Below, one piece after another: positions 10,113 to 19,644 of a stretch of DNA of 64,000 nt. The stretch is taken from the IMG/VR virus record IMGVR_UViG_3300035698_017437, positions 32,001 to 96,000 of that record, one strand, 5' to 3'. The translations under genes were made by a program, and so were the position numbers. The notes below the pieces were generated by a model. That model saw only the letters and a program-made list of their open reading frames with translations. It was not told the origin of the DNA and ran no database searches. How positions within the stretch are numbered: the stretch's first letter is position 1; each line of letters begins with the position of its first letter. This DNA comes from a virus.

Positions 10113-11282
10113 ATGGAAAAAGATATAGAAATACATGAAGTAAAGGAATTGTTGGAACATGGATATAAAGTTGAGGTCTCTTCTCCTAACGGTTTTGTGG
10201 AGATTACAGATTTTATAGAAAAGGGATATTTTGAGGTATATCATCTAAACACTTTCACTAAAAAAATAGGATGTAATATAAATCACAAATGGTTGACTTC
10301 TGAGGGATTCAAGAAAACTTCGGAATTACTAGATGGACCATTTCTTGTTGCTGGAGAGGATGAAAAGTTTATTCCTGCCCATATAACAAAATCTGATAAA
10401 ATAGAAAGGATTGTTGACGTTACAGTTGACCATCCTTCTCATACATATTTCACTGATGGAATCGCAAGCCACAATTCCTGTAAAACTTTGACAATGTGTT
10501 CTATGGCTACTCATTATCTCCAACAGGGATATGATGTCCTTTATATCACCATGGAGATGGCTGAAACCAAAATTGCCTCTAGAATTGATGCCAACTTGTT
10601 GGATGTTGATATCAATCGTGTTACTGGTTTATCTGAACAAGATTTCATGGGAAGAATAAATTTAGTCAAGACGAAAGGTATGGGACAATTAGTTATCAAA
10701 GAATATCCTACTGGCTCTGCTCATTGTGGTCATTTTGATTCATTGATGAAGGAATTGAAGATAAAGAAGAATTTTGTTCCAAAGATTATTTTTGTTGATT
10801 ATTTGGGTATTTGTTCGTCTAAATTAGTATCTCCTACTGTTGGTATGTATTCATATGTAAAGAGTATTGCTGAAGAGTTGAGATCGTTCATGGGTAAACA
10901 TAATGCTGTTGGATTTTCTGTTGCTCAATTCAATAGAGGTGGAACAAATAATACCGATGCTGATTATAGTAATATTGCGGAGAGTACAGGAATCCAACAG
11001 ACGGCAGATTTCATTGCTGGTTTAATCCTTACTGAGGAGCTAGAAGAAAAAAAGGTCATTTTGGTGAAACAAATCAAGAATAGATATGGAGATGTTGCCC
11101 ATTATAAAAAATTCTTGGTTGGTCTTGATAAAACAAGGATGAGAGTATACGACACTGAACAAGATTGGGATGAAGATAATGATTCTGTGGATGATGAAGA
11201 TGATATTCCAGAATTTGACAAGGCAACTAAAGGTAGAACCTTAGAAAAAGATGGACCTATGATGGGTGGAATAAGTTTCTAA
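10113..11282 (+). CDS. gp41: 121-aa C-intein + gp41 C-extein
   Basis: Block B (CNINHKW), block F (VDVTVD), block G GIASHN|S (Asn ends 10475), then CKT, YITMEM, IKEYPT, FVDYL, KNRYG. Confidence 0.92.
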   Translation: MEKDIEIHEVKELLEHGYKVEVSSPNGFVEITDFIEKGYFEVYHLNTFTKKIGCNINHKWLTSEGFKKTSELLDGPFLVAGEDEKFIPAHITKSDKIERIVDVTVDHPSHTYFTDGIASHNSCKTLTMCSMATHYLQQGYDVLYITMEMAETKIASRIDANLLDVDINRVTGLSEQDFMGRINLVKTKGMGQLVIKEYPTGSAHCGHFDSLMKELKIKKNFVPKIIFVDYLGICSSKLVSPTVGMYSYVKSIAEELRSFMGKHNAVGFSVAQFNRGGTNNTDADYSNIAESTGIQQTADFIAGLILTEELEEKKVILVKQIKNRYGDVAHYKKFLVGLDKTRMRVYDTEQDWDEDNDSVDDEDDIPEFDKATKGRTLEKDGPMMGGISF

Positions 11283-11539
11283 CTTCCGTAAATATGAACC
11301 TGAGGATCTTTCACTCCTGTGATTGAGTCCTCAAGTTCATTCCTATGGATAAGCACCTCTCCTTTTCCTGTGGAAAATCTTCCTTCAATAATAATATCTC
11401 CTATATGAACCTTATCGTGACATGAGGAACATATTACGGCTATATTATTGGATGAGTTTGATCCGCCATATCTTTTGGATTGGATATGATGTTTATTTAT
11501 TACCTTGAATTTTTCTGAACAAATTTCACACAAAGACAT
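11279..11539 (-). CDS. Small HNH endonuclease
   Basis: CxxC, HHIQSKRYGGSN..NN, CSSCHDKVH. Confidence 0.8.
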   Translation of the reverse strand: MSLCEICSEKFKVINKHHIQSKRYGGSNSSNNIAVICSSCHDKVHIGDIIIEGRFSTGKGEVLIHRNELEDSITGVKDPQVHIYGS

Positions 11540-11945
11540 TTTATCTCTCTTTTAGTATTGACTTCTCATTCTATATATGTTATAATTACTTATGACGAAA
11601 ACAAAAAACATAATCATTATTTCTATCTTAGTTATTTCAGCTATCGTTTGTAATGGAATGAGTAAAAAAGTTATGTATTATGTTGATGAATCAAAACCTA
11701 TTTACACAACATGGAGAACAATATGAGAATATCTGAGTTGATCAAAAATCTTGAGGTTTCTTTATCTTTACATGGAGATCTTGAATGTGTTATTATTCCA
11801 CAGAACACTTCAAGAGTTGTAGATGTCCAGATTGCCACGGAACAAGTAGCGGAAGAATTTATGTCTGAGGAAGATATTCAAATATTTGATGCTGAAGATT
11901 TAGATAAGTTTCTCACTATTGAAGGAGAAATAGTGTAAATAAGTG

Positions 11946-12014
11946 TTGACTTCTCATTCTATACATGTTATAATAGTGTATAGCAAATGAGAAATACCTA
12001 ATTCAAAATGGAGA
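11946..12014 (+). promoter_or_regulatory. Repeated early promoter/stem-loop/RBS cassette (type copy)
   Basis: TTGACT-N17-TATAAT with extended TG; internal IR TTCTCATTCTATACA/TGTATAGCAAATGAGAA; then CCTAATTCAAAATGGAG. Confidence 0.9.
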
Positions 12015-12385
12015 TTCAAAATGAGTAGATATAAAACGAAAAATAAGCATATAAGCCTTATTCGCCAAGGAGACACAATTTTACATAATGGAGAGGAAAG
12101 GACCGTATGTGATAGTGATATATTGATAAGTAGTTTTATGGGTATTTCTATATTTGGAGATTCCTATTCTATGGGAAGAAAGTTGGTAAAGGAAATAACA
12201 TACTTTTAAAAAGGATAATGATAATGAAAGACTTAGAAAAGAAAGTTAAACGATTGTTGATCAAATGGGGAAATTCTGAAGATTCTGTAAATAAAATGAT
12301 TTCTGATAATTATACTCAGGCTGTAAAAATGTATCCAGAGGCAAGAGCCGCAAAAATAGCTGAGGTTATTAGCTCCTTAAGATAA

Positions 12386-12534
12386 TTATTGATTTTCAGC
12401 AAGGTCAAGTACTGAAGTGAAGTCTATCCCATTAGAACTGATAATATAATGAGGATGAGATGAGACTATAACGGGTTATCAGATCTGTTGTCTTGAGTAA
12501 GTATCAACCCTTACACCTTGCTGAAAATCAATAA
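12386..12534 (+). repeat. Perfect 20-bp inverted repeat enclosing a structured ~110-nt core (candidate ncRNA or MITE)
   Basis: TTATTGATTTTCAGCAAGGT (12386-12405) / ACCTTGCTGAAAATCAATAA (12515-12534). Confidence 0.7.
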
Positions 12535-12548
12535 ATATAAAATAAGTG

Positions 12549-12616
12549 TTGACTTCTCATTCTATACATGATATAATAGTGTATACAGAATGAAAAACAC
12601 CTAATTCAATATGGAG
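12549..12616 (+). promoter_or_regulatory. Early promoter cassette driving purZ
   Basis: TTGACTTCTCATTCTATACATGATATAAT...CCTAATTCAATATGGAG. Confidence 0.85.
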
Positions 12617-12633
12617 ATTTTGGAATTTTTGAT

Positions 12634-13626
12634 ATGAAAATTGAAAAAGGAAAACTAAATATCATTATTGATGGTCAGTTTGGTAGCACCGGCAAGGGAG
12701 TTCTTGCGAGTTATATTGGATCAAAGAACTTTATTGATTTAGCTATAACAAACAGTAGTCCTAATGCTGGACATACATTTTATATAGATGGAAAGAAATG
12801 TGTTGTCAAGCATTTACCTGTTTCTGGAATAATCAATAAATGTAGCGTTATTTATCTTTGTGCTGGAGCTATTATTCATCCGAAAACTCTTTTAGATGAA
12901 ATCAAAAAATTCAATATAGATAAAGATAGAATTTTCATTCATCCTAGAGCCGCAATAATAACTCAAAATGATAAGATTTCGGAGGAGAATTCCAGAGGTA
13001 TAATGCAAGAAATCTCTTCAACCCAAAATGGAGTTGGTAGAGCATTATCTAGGAAAATAAATAGGACTGCTGATCTTGCTGAGGATATTCCAGAGTTATC
13101 CCATTTCATAAGAGATGTTGATGTTGAAGCACTTTTGGATGTAGGATGTAAAGCTCTAATGGAAGTCCCTCAGGGAATGGATTTGAGTATCAATTCAGGA
13201 TTATCCTATCCTTATTGTACTTCTAGAGAAATTTCTGTTAGTTCTTCATTATCTGATGTTGGAATACATCCTTCATATCTCGGTAAAGTATGTGTGAGTA
13301 TTAGAACCTTTCCCATTAGAGTTGGAAATCTTGAGGGAGGTAATTCGGGGCCATTTTATCCAGATTCAAAAGAAATTACTTGGGATAATCTTGGTGTAAA
13401 GCCAGAATATACAACAAATACAGATAGAATAAGAAGAGTCTCCACATTTAGTATGATACAATACAGAAAAATGTTGAAGAAATTCAAACCTGATTGTATA
13501 TTTCTAAATTTCTGTAATTATCTTCATCCAGAAGAATTGATGGATTTATTAGAACATCTTCCCGCAGTGACCCATTTAGGATTCGGTAGGGCCAAAGAAG
13601 ATATATTAGTTCGTAATGGAATTTGA
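12634..13626 (+). CDS. purZ: PurZ-like adenylosuccinate synthetase homologue (N6-succino-2-amino-dAMP synthase family)
   Basis: DGQFGSTGKG (Ser where PurA has catalytic Asp, GDEGKG), PNAGHT, YPYCTSR, PIRVGN, NFCNY instead of PurA TKLD. Confidence 0.8.
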   Translation: MKIEKGKLNIIIDGQFGSTGKGVLASYIGSKNFIDLAITNSSPNAGHTFYIDGKKCVVKHLPVSGIINKCSVIYLCAGAIIHPKTLLDEIKKFNIDKDRIFIHPRAAIITQNDKISEENSRGIMQEISSTQNGVGRALSRKINRTADLAEDIPELSHFIRDVDVEALLDVGCKALMEVPQGMDLSINSGLSYPYCTSREISVSSSLSDVGIHPSYLGKVCVSIRTFPIRVGNLEGGNSGPFYPDSKEITWDNLGVKPEYTTNTDRIRRVSTFSMIQYRKMLKKFKPDCIFLNFCNYLHPEELMDLLEHLPAVTHLGFGRAKEDILVRNGI

Positions 13627-14341
13627 AATAAAAGAAAACCTTTAGGAGGAGAAAATGAAAGTATTCAAATCTAAAATAGAATATGATCCTAGGTCCACTT
13701 CAAAAGAGTTAGCTCTATTAACTTCAGAAAGCCAGATAGCTCTGGAAGTAATAAGTTATTTGAGAGGGAAGGAGATTAAGTGGATGAAAGTTCATTCCTA
13801 TACTAATCCCTTAGAGAATAACTTTCTCAGTGTGGCCAAGACTATAATTAAGATACAGGAATCCTAAAATGTTGTCCATATTGTGAATCTAGATGGTATT
13901 TTGCTGTTCAAGATTATGAAACATATTTTGATTTCATTGTTTGAAAATATCAATGTAATACTTGCGATAAACTTTTTGAAATGAATTATAAGTCTTTTTT
14001 ATGACAAATGGGAGAATGATAATGAGTAACTGCTTGAGAATACAATTCTATGATAATGATTTTTGTTTGATTGCCAAAGGAGCAATGGATGCTATTTCTT
14101 GGACTTCACATAAAGAACTGAAAGATTCTGCTAATGATGAATCTATTCTCCTAATGTTTATAAAGCTGATGAATGATCTTTCTGATTGGAGAAAGTCCTT
14201 ACAAAAGTATGGAATGCCATTCAAAAGAGATCCTAAATATTTTGATGATTGTGATTTGGATAGATTAGAAGAGATTCCCTCAGAAAACAATAATAGTGAA
14301 TCGGTTATTTACGTTTATAAAACAGGAAAGGTATTTGTATT

Positions 14342-15292
14342 ATGAGTAACAATAGAAAGATCCAAGGAATTTTTCATTTTGATTGCGACGGGGCAGTTTC
14401 GGAGATAATTATGAAACGGTTCATTCCCAACATTTATTCTTATAGTTGTGGATATTCTAAGATAGATGCTTGGATCAAGAAATTGAAAAAGAATGATAAA
14501 GTTATTGTTGCTGATATTTCTCTTTCTCCAGATCAAGTGGAATCTATTAGAGAAAAAACGGATCAATGGTTCATTATTGATCATCATCAAGATACAGAGG
14601 AAATTCAAAATAATTATCCAGATCATGTTCTTTATGCTTCTGATAAATGTGGTGCTGAACTTTGTGTTGATTTTTGTGAAGAGCGATTTCCAGAAACTTT
14701 TGATGAATTGTATCGGAAAAACGGAAAAATGAGAGTTCTAGTTATGTTGACTGGTATTTATGATCTATGGAAAACAGATCATGAATTGTTTCCGAAAGCT
14801 TACAATCTCAATTATCTTTATTGGGATTTAGTCCATTGGAATTTTGTAAAACGTTTTGCTAATGGTTGGGATGGTTACTCTATATCTGAAGTGGAAACAA
14901 TCAAGAAAAAGCAGGAAGAAAAGGAAATTCTTTGGAATGAGGCAGAATTTGTTGATATTGATGATAAAACCATCGTTTGTTTGGGTAGTCCTGAAATCAC
15001 AAATGATCTAACCTTGAGACTTCCAGAAAAGGAATTATTTTTTGCTATTGTCCACCAACATGATGAATTATCTCTTAGAGTCCGGTATTCTGGAGAGACA
15101 GGTAATGTAGGAGAGGTTCTAGATGAACTAGAACACATGGAAACAGGAATAGGCGCTTATACTCATAGAGCTGGAGGCCATCCTAAGGCTGGAGGAGCAT
15201 CATTCTATCCTGAAGCTGATTTAGATTATATTTTTGAGGTCTGTGAGTATATTTTCGAGTATATGAAAAATTCCTCTGATGTTCCATTTTAG
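14342..15292 (+). CDS. DHH-family phosphoesterase
   Basis: HFDCDG, VADIS, IDHH, YDLW, GGHPKAGG. Confidence 0.88.
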   Translation: MSNNRKIQGIFHFDCDGAVSEIIMKRFIPNIYSYSCGYSKIDAWIKKLKKNDKVIVADISLSPDQVESIREKTDQWFIIDHHQDTEEIQNNYPDHVLYASDKCGAELCVDFCEERFPETFDELYRKNGKMRVLVMLTGIYDLWKTDHELFPKAYNLNYLYWDLVHWNFVKRFANGWDGYSISEVETIKKKQEEKEILWNEAEFVDIDDKTIVCLGSPEITNDLTLRLPEKELFFAIVHQHDELSLRVRYSGETGNVGEVLDELEHMETGIGAYTHRAGGHPKAGGASFYPEADLDYIFEVCEYIFEYMKNSSDVPF

Positions 15293-16092
15293 GAGAATAT
15301 GAATGAAAGCTATTATATTGAATAAAAACCAGCGGAAGTTTCTTGAAGCGGCATTGAAAAAGTTTAGGGATGAAGAGGTTACCTTGAAGCAATTGAGAGG
15401 ATTTTGTAGCTCAAATGATCTTATCCTTTCCCAAACAATTCTCAAGAAATATTGTTCAACAGATAAGCGGGGTAAATATAATCTTTCTGGTTGTGGATTA
15501 GATATTCCAGAAGAAGAAAAACAATCAGAAGGTTTAGAAGATTTCTTGAATGTTGAAAATGATACCCTTGGTGATGTTTCATCTTTTGTTGAACGAAAGT
15601 CTGTTAAAAATGTAATGAAAAAGGCTCTAAAGACCGAATATAATATCAATAAAGATATGGCTAATCCCATATACGTTGTTATGAATGATAATGAGGTTAC
15701 AATTAGAGGTGTTTGTGATAATTTTGATTCCGCTTGGAAATTAGTAGATCAAGTATTACATGCTATTCCATCGGTATCTAAAGAAGAAGCGAGGGCTCAC
15801 CTAGAAAAATATTGTTTTGTGTATTTGAATAGTAATAATGTAAGAAAATTGGTTGCCTCAATTACTGTAAGAGATTTAAACATAAAATAGGAGAATGAAT
15901 AATGAAAGAGGTAATATCTGCTTTAGCCTCAATTGTGCTGATTATTGGATTTGTTTATGGAATTTATTGGGTAGGTAAAACTGTAAGTTATGCGGTTTTC
16001 TATCAGGATATGGTAGAACAAACAATTACTGATATGGTGAAACCTGAATACCTGAAATGATTTTTTTTGTTGACATTATATTCCTAAAATGT

Positions 16093-16112
16093 TATAAATA
16101 TAAATATAAATA
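16093..16112 (+). promoter_or_regulatory. T4-type late promoter TATAAATA (overlapping triplet)
   Basis: TATAAATATAAATATAAATA upstream of ORFs with internal-protein-like N-termini. Confidence 0.6.
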
Positions 16113-16481
16113 TACAAATTTAACCTTAAAAGGAATATCATGAATAAAATGAAAATAACAACCCTATTAGAAAGAAAAAGTCCTTATGTAATATATCACG
16201 ATACCTATTCCGGCGCTATTCAAGAAGTTGAAAACTATATGAACAAGAAAAAATTCATTCTTGATCCTGAGGAAATGTCAAGATCTATTGGAATGGGGCC
16301 CTCAAAGCCAGGTGCAGGCAAGACAAACAGATTTTCTCTGAAGTTATATAAAACGCAAAAAGATCTTGACAATTTCAAAGAACAAAAAAGACATGTTCAT
16401 TTTCAAGTGTATGGAATGGGTTCCCTTAATAATCTATCCTCAGATAGGTATGAGCTAAATTGTTACATAAGTTGATTCAAA

Positions 16482-17162
16482 ATGAAAACATATAATGACT
16501 TTATGAACGAGAATACTCCTAGGATAAAAAATGGAGTATTCTCACGTGAATTGAATAAAGTAAAATCTAAAGTTGTGTCTAGGGATTTATCACCTCAAAA
16601 GTTTACTGATATTATTGCTGGTGTTCTTGATAATTGGTCAATTGAGGTAGATAAATTTGTTGATCCTAATGTAGATTCTGGTACGGTAAATGTAGATGCT
16701 GGATTCGTAGAACCTGATGATGAGAGTGAATCTGGAGTAGATTTGAATGTTGTATTTAGTCCTGAAGATAAGACAATTCAATTAGATGCTAAATCTTGGA
16801 AGGTATTTGTTAATCTTGTTTCTGATGCTTTGGTGCATGAGTTTCTACATTCTGCCCAAAAATCATCTAGAGGAAGTAAAAGTCAAAGAGAATTGACAGG
16901 TAAAGAATTGAAAGGAGTGAACTCTAATGATTCTGATTTTTCTTATTACGGTAATCAAGATGAAATGGAAGCCTTTGCTGTAAATGCCGCATCTGAACTA
17001 AAAAGAAAGTTTGGTTCCAAAAAACGTGTAATGAAAAAGCTTTCCAATTATTCAAAAATAACACTAAAAGATTCTCCATCTTTTGATTCATACCTAGAAC
17101 ATTTCAAAAAAGATAGCATTCTCATGAAAAAATTTGTGAAGATGGTTATCAAATATCTATAA
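16482..17162 (+). CDS. Putative virion-internal zincin metallopeptidase
   Basis: N-terminus MKTYNDFMNE resembles the T4 capsid-targeting sequence; LVHEFLH ... YYGNQDEMEAFA. Confidence 0.55.
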   Translation: MKTYNDFMNENTPRIKNGVFSRELNKVKSKVVSRDLSPQKFTDIIAGVLDNWSIEVDKFVDPNVDSGTVNVDAGFVEPDDESESGVDLNVVFSPEDKTIQLDAKSWKVFVNLVSDALVHEFLHSAQKSSRGSKSQRELTGKELKGVNSNDSDFSYYGNQDEMEAFAVNAASELKRKFGSKKRVMKKLSNYSKITLKDSPSFDSYLEHFKKDSILMKKFVKMVIKYL

Positions 17163-17206
17163 GTAATACCAGAACGCAAAATAATAACCTATATTAGGAG
17201 ATAATA

Positions 17207-17734
17207 ATGGGAACGTCAAAAACTCAACCAGCTGGTTGGATGTATAATAACGGTAATGGATCCACAGCGGTTGGTGATGTAATTGCCACTGAACGAGGAT
17301 GGGAACTAAAAAATCCTGATGGAGAAAATGAGGTACTTCAATGTATGTCAGGACTTCTTGATGCTGTTGTAAACGCAATTGTCACAGGATATAGTACTCC
17401 TGCTGGCGAATATGATGTAACTGCTGGAGACATTGTTTCTTTCTCCTTCTCTTTCAATGAAGCTGTAACAGTTGTTGGAGTACCTCAAATCACTTTCAAT
17501 GCTAATTCTATTCCTGTGGTTGCTGATTATAGTTTTGTAGAAAGTGATGATAATACTTTAGTATTTGAATGGACTGCTGTAGGATTAGCAGGACCGATTG
17601 ATACTGTAGTTACTTCAATCTCACTGAATAGTGGAACAATCCAAGATTCTGATTTGAATAATGTTGAACTTTCATTTGCTACTGTTAGGGGATCTGCTTA
17701 TGTTCAACCTATAGCGACTGTGATAGTATCATAA
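17207..17734 (+). CDS. Putative structural, Ig-like/beta-rich protein
   Basis: FNEAVTVVGVPQI / SISLNSGTIQD pattern; RBS AGGAG. Confidence 0.4.
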   Translation: MGTSKTQPAGWMYNNGNGSTAVGDVIATERGWELKNPDGENEVLQCMSGLLDAVVNAIVTGYSTPAGEYDVTAGDIVSFSFSFNEAVTVVGVPQITFNANSIPVVADYSFVESDDNTLVFEWTAVGLAGPIDTVVTSISLNSGTIQDSDLNNVELSFATVRGSAYVQPIATVIVS

Positions 17735-17737
17735 TAG

Positions 17738-18088
17738 ATGATTCTAACTAAAGAAAACTATACATTCTATGCCATGAGGAATTATAATAATTCTTGCGTC
17801 AATTCTATTGAAGAGTTTCAAAGTGATTTAAATAGGATTGAATGTATGAAAAGGATATTCGGAAAATATACAAATACTGGCAAGATAAATGTCAGATTGA
17901 CAATAAATCATTTCATTATTCTAACGAATGTGTTTGGAAAGTTTGCTGTTGATTTGATATATCTTTTGATTTCTGGATATCCATTATGTGTAAATTCTTT
18001 ATTGCTTTCTATGTCATATCTTGATTTAGAGAAGAATGTGGAATTTGATGTGGAATTATATAGATTGATAAAAGAGGAAATCCGATAA
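17738..18088 (+). CDS. Conserved T4-like hypothetical protein
   Basis: YAMRNYNN..EEFQSDLNRI..RLTINHFIILTNVFG recalled as common in T4-like genomes. Confidence 0.55.
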   Translation: MILTKENYTFYAMRNYNNSCVNSIEEFQSDLNRIECMKRIFGKYTNTGKINVRLTINHFIILTNVFGKFAVDLIYLLISGYPLCVNSLLLSMSYLDLEKNVEFDVELYRLIKEEIR

Positions 18089-18089
18089 T

Positions 18090-18776
18090 ATGTCTACGGC
18101 AATTGATACATATTTTGCATATAGGTTAGTAAGAACTATTGCTACTCCTTGGGTAAAACAGCCAGCATATAAGGCAGGAATAATCAATGAAAAAGGTCAG
18201 GTAATAAAACCAGCTTCAGAAAGATCTGGCGAAGATAATAAAATTTATAATTCTTTTACAAAATTGGGATTTTCTATTAAGCGAATTATAGAAAAAATGC
18301 CTGGTGGTAAAAGTAAAGTTGCTTCCTATGCGTCGGCCATGTTTTTATTGAAAGAAGCATATGAAACTGGTCTATTGAATTCTTTGAATGAAGAAAGTAT
18401 TGTTATGGTAGCTGGCGCTTTACCTTCAGTAGATTTACCTTTAGATGCTCGTTTAGCTAGAAGAAAAACGAAAAAGAAAAACTCCAATAAAGAGGAAGGA
18501 AGAGGAATGAAACTCTTAGATAGAATAAAAAACATATCCATAAAAGATGAAGATATTGATGAGACAGTAGAAACCGTATTCAGGGATGGCAAAAGGATCA
18601 AGAGAACTAAACCTAAAAAATCCCAAGCAAATAAAAATTCTGGAATGTCTAAAGCTGCTAGAAAAGTTTCAGCAAGAAAAGCTGCCAAGACAAAAAAGAA
18701 TAACCCATCTGGACAAAAGAAAGCCCTCAAAAAAAGGAAGAAAACCAATAAGAAGAGATCCCTCTCAGGACTATAA
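18090..18776 (+). CDS. Conserved T4-like hypothetical protein with basic C-terminal tail
   Basis: DTYFAYRLVR..TPW..AYKAGIINEKG; Lys/Arg-rich tail. Confidence 0.5.
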   Translation: MSTAIDTYFAYRLVRTIATPWVKQPAYKAGIINEKGQVIKPASERSGEDNKIYNSFTKLGFSIKRIIEKMPGGKSKVASYASAMFLLKEAYETGLLNSLNEESIVMVAGALPSVDLPLDARLARRKTKKKNSNKEEGRGMKLLDRIKNISIKDEDIDETVETVFRDGKRIKRTKPKKSQANKNSGMSKAARKVSARKAAKTKKNNPSGQKKALKKRKKTNKKRSLSGL

Positions 18777-18815
18777 TTGTATTGACTTCTAGTTCTATAC
18801 ATGATATAATACATT

Positions 18816-19619
18816 ATGATAAAATCAGACAAACATTATACAAGTGGAGTTTTAGTAGAAGAATGCCTGTCCTTATTGAATATAGAGTCTTTTGATGTGA
18901 TCATTGAACCTTCTGCTGGTAATGGGATGTTTTTGAAACAATTGCCTGAGAATACAATAGCTTTTGATATTCTGCCAGAAATGGATGGAATTATAGAAGG
19001 AGATTTCTTAAAGTCAAAAAGTTTAGTTCCGAAAGGAAAAAACGTGTTGACTGTGGGAAATCCTCCTTTTGGTTATAGAAGTCAGTTAGCTATTGAATTT
19101 TTCAATTATGCATCTATCTTCTCTCATACTATAGCTTTCATCCTTCCAAGATCTTTCAGAAAAGTTTATATTCAAAACCAATTAGTTTCTAATTTCCATT
19201 TAGTAAAAGATATTGATTTAGAATCTGATTTCCACACGGGAACAACAGCTAGAACATGTTTTCAAATCTGGACAAAATATCCATACAAAAGAAAGAAAAT
19301 CATATTAGATAAAGAATGTTCAGATTTTAGTATAGTATCTCAAGGAAATTCTTTTGATATATCCAAAGCAGATTTTTCTATTAGAAGAACAGGATGGAAA
19401 GATGTGGGCGAGGTATATTCTTCAGAAGAATCTTTACCAATAACACAGTTTATTTTTATAAATAGTAATATTGATATTGATTTATTGAAAGATAGATTAT
19501 TATCTTTACCTATGATGGAAGTTGCTTTGAATACTTCCATGGCTCCTACTTTCACTATAGGAGAATTATTCACAGAATATAATAAAAAATACTCCTCAAA
19601 CATATTGAAATTCCTATGA
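18816..19619 (+). CDS. Amino-DNA (N6-adenine-type) methyltransferase
   Basis: IEPSAGNG (motif I), GNPPFG (motif IV), AFILP; own early promoter at 18782. Confidence 0.88.
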   Translation: MIKSDKHYTSGVLVEECLSLLNIESFDVIIEPSAGNGMFLKQLPENTIAFDILPEMDGIIEGDFLKSKSLVPKGKNVLTVGNPPFGYRSQLAIEFFNYASIFSHTIAFILPRSFRKVYIQNQLVSNFHLVKDIDLESDFHTGTTARTCFQIWTKYPYKRKKIILDKECSDFSIVSQGNSFDISKADFSIRRTGWKDVGEVYSSEESLPITQFIFINSNIDIDLLKDRLLSLPMMEVALNTSMAPTFTIGELFTEYNKKYSSNILKFL

Positions 19620-19644
19620 AAAATTTAAACATTTTCTATCTGAA

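Noticed and set aside
12634-13626. Ordinary PurA
   Set aside because: Lacks GDEGKG Asp and the GTP-specifying TKLD.
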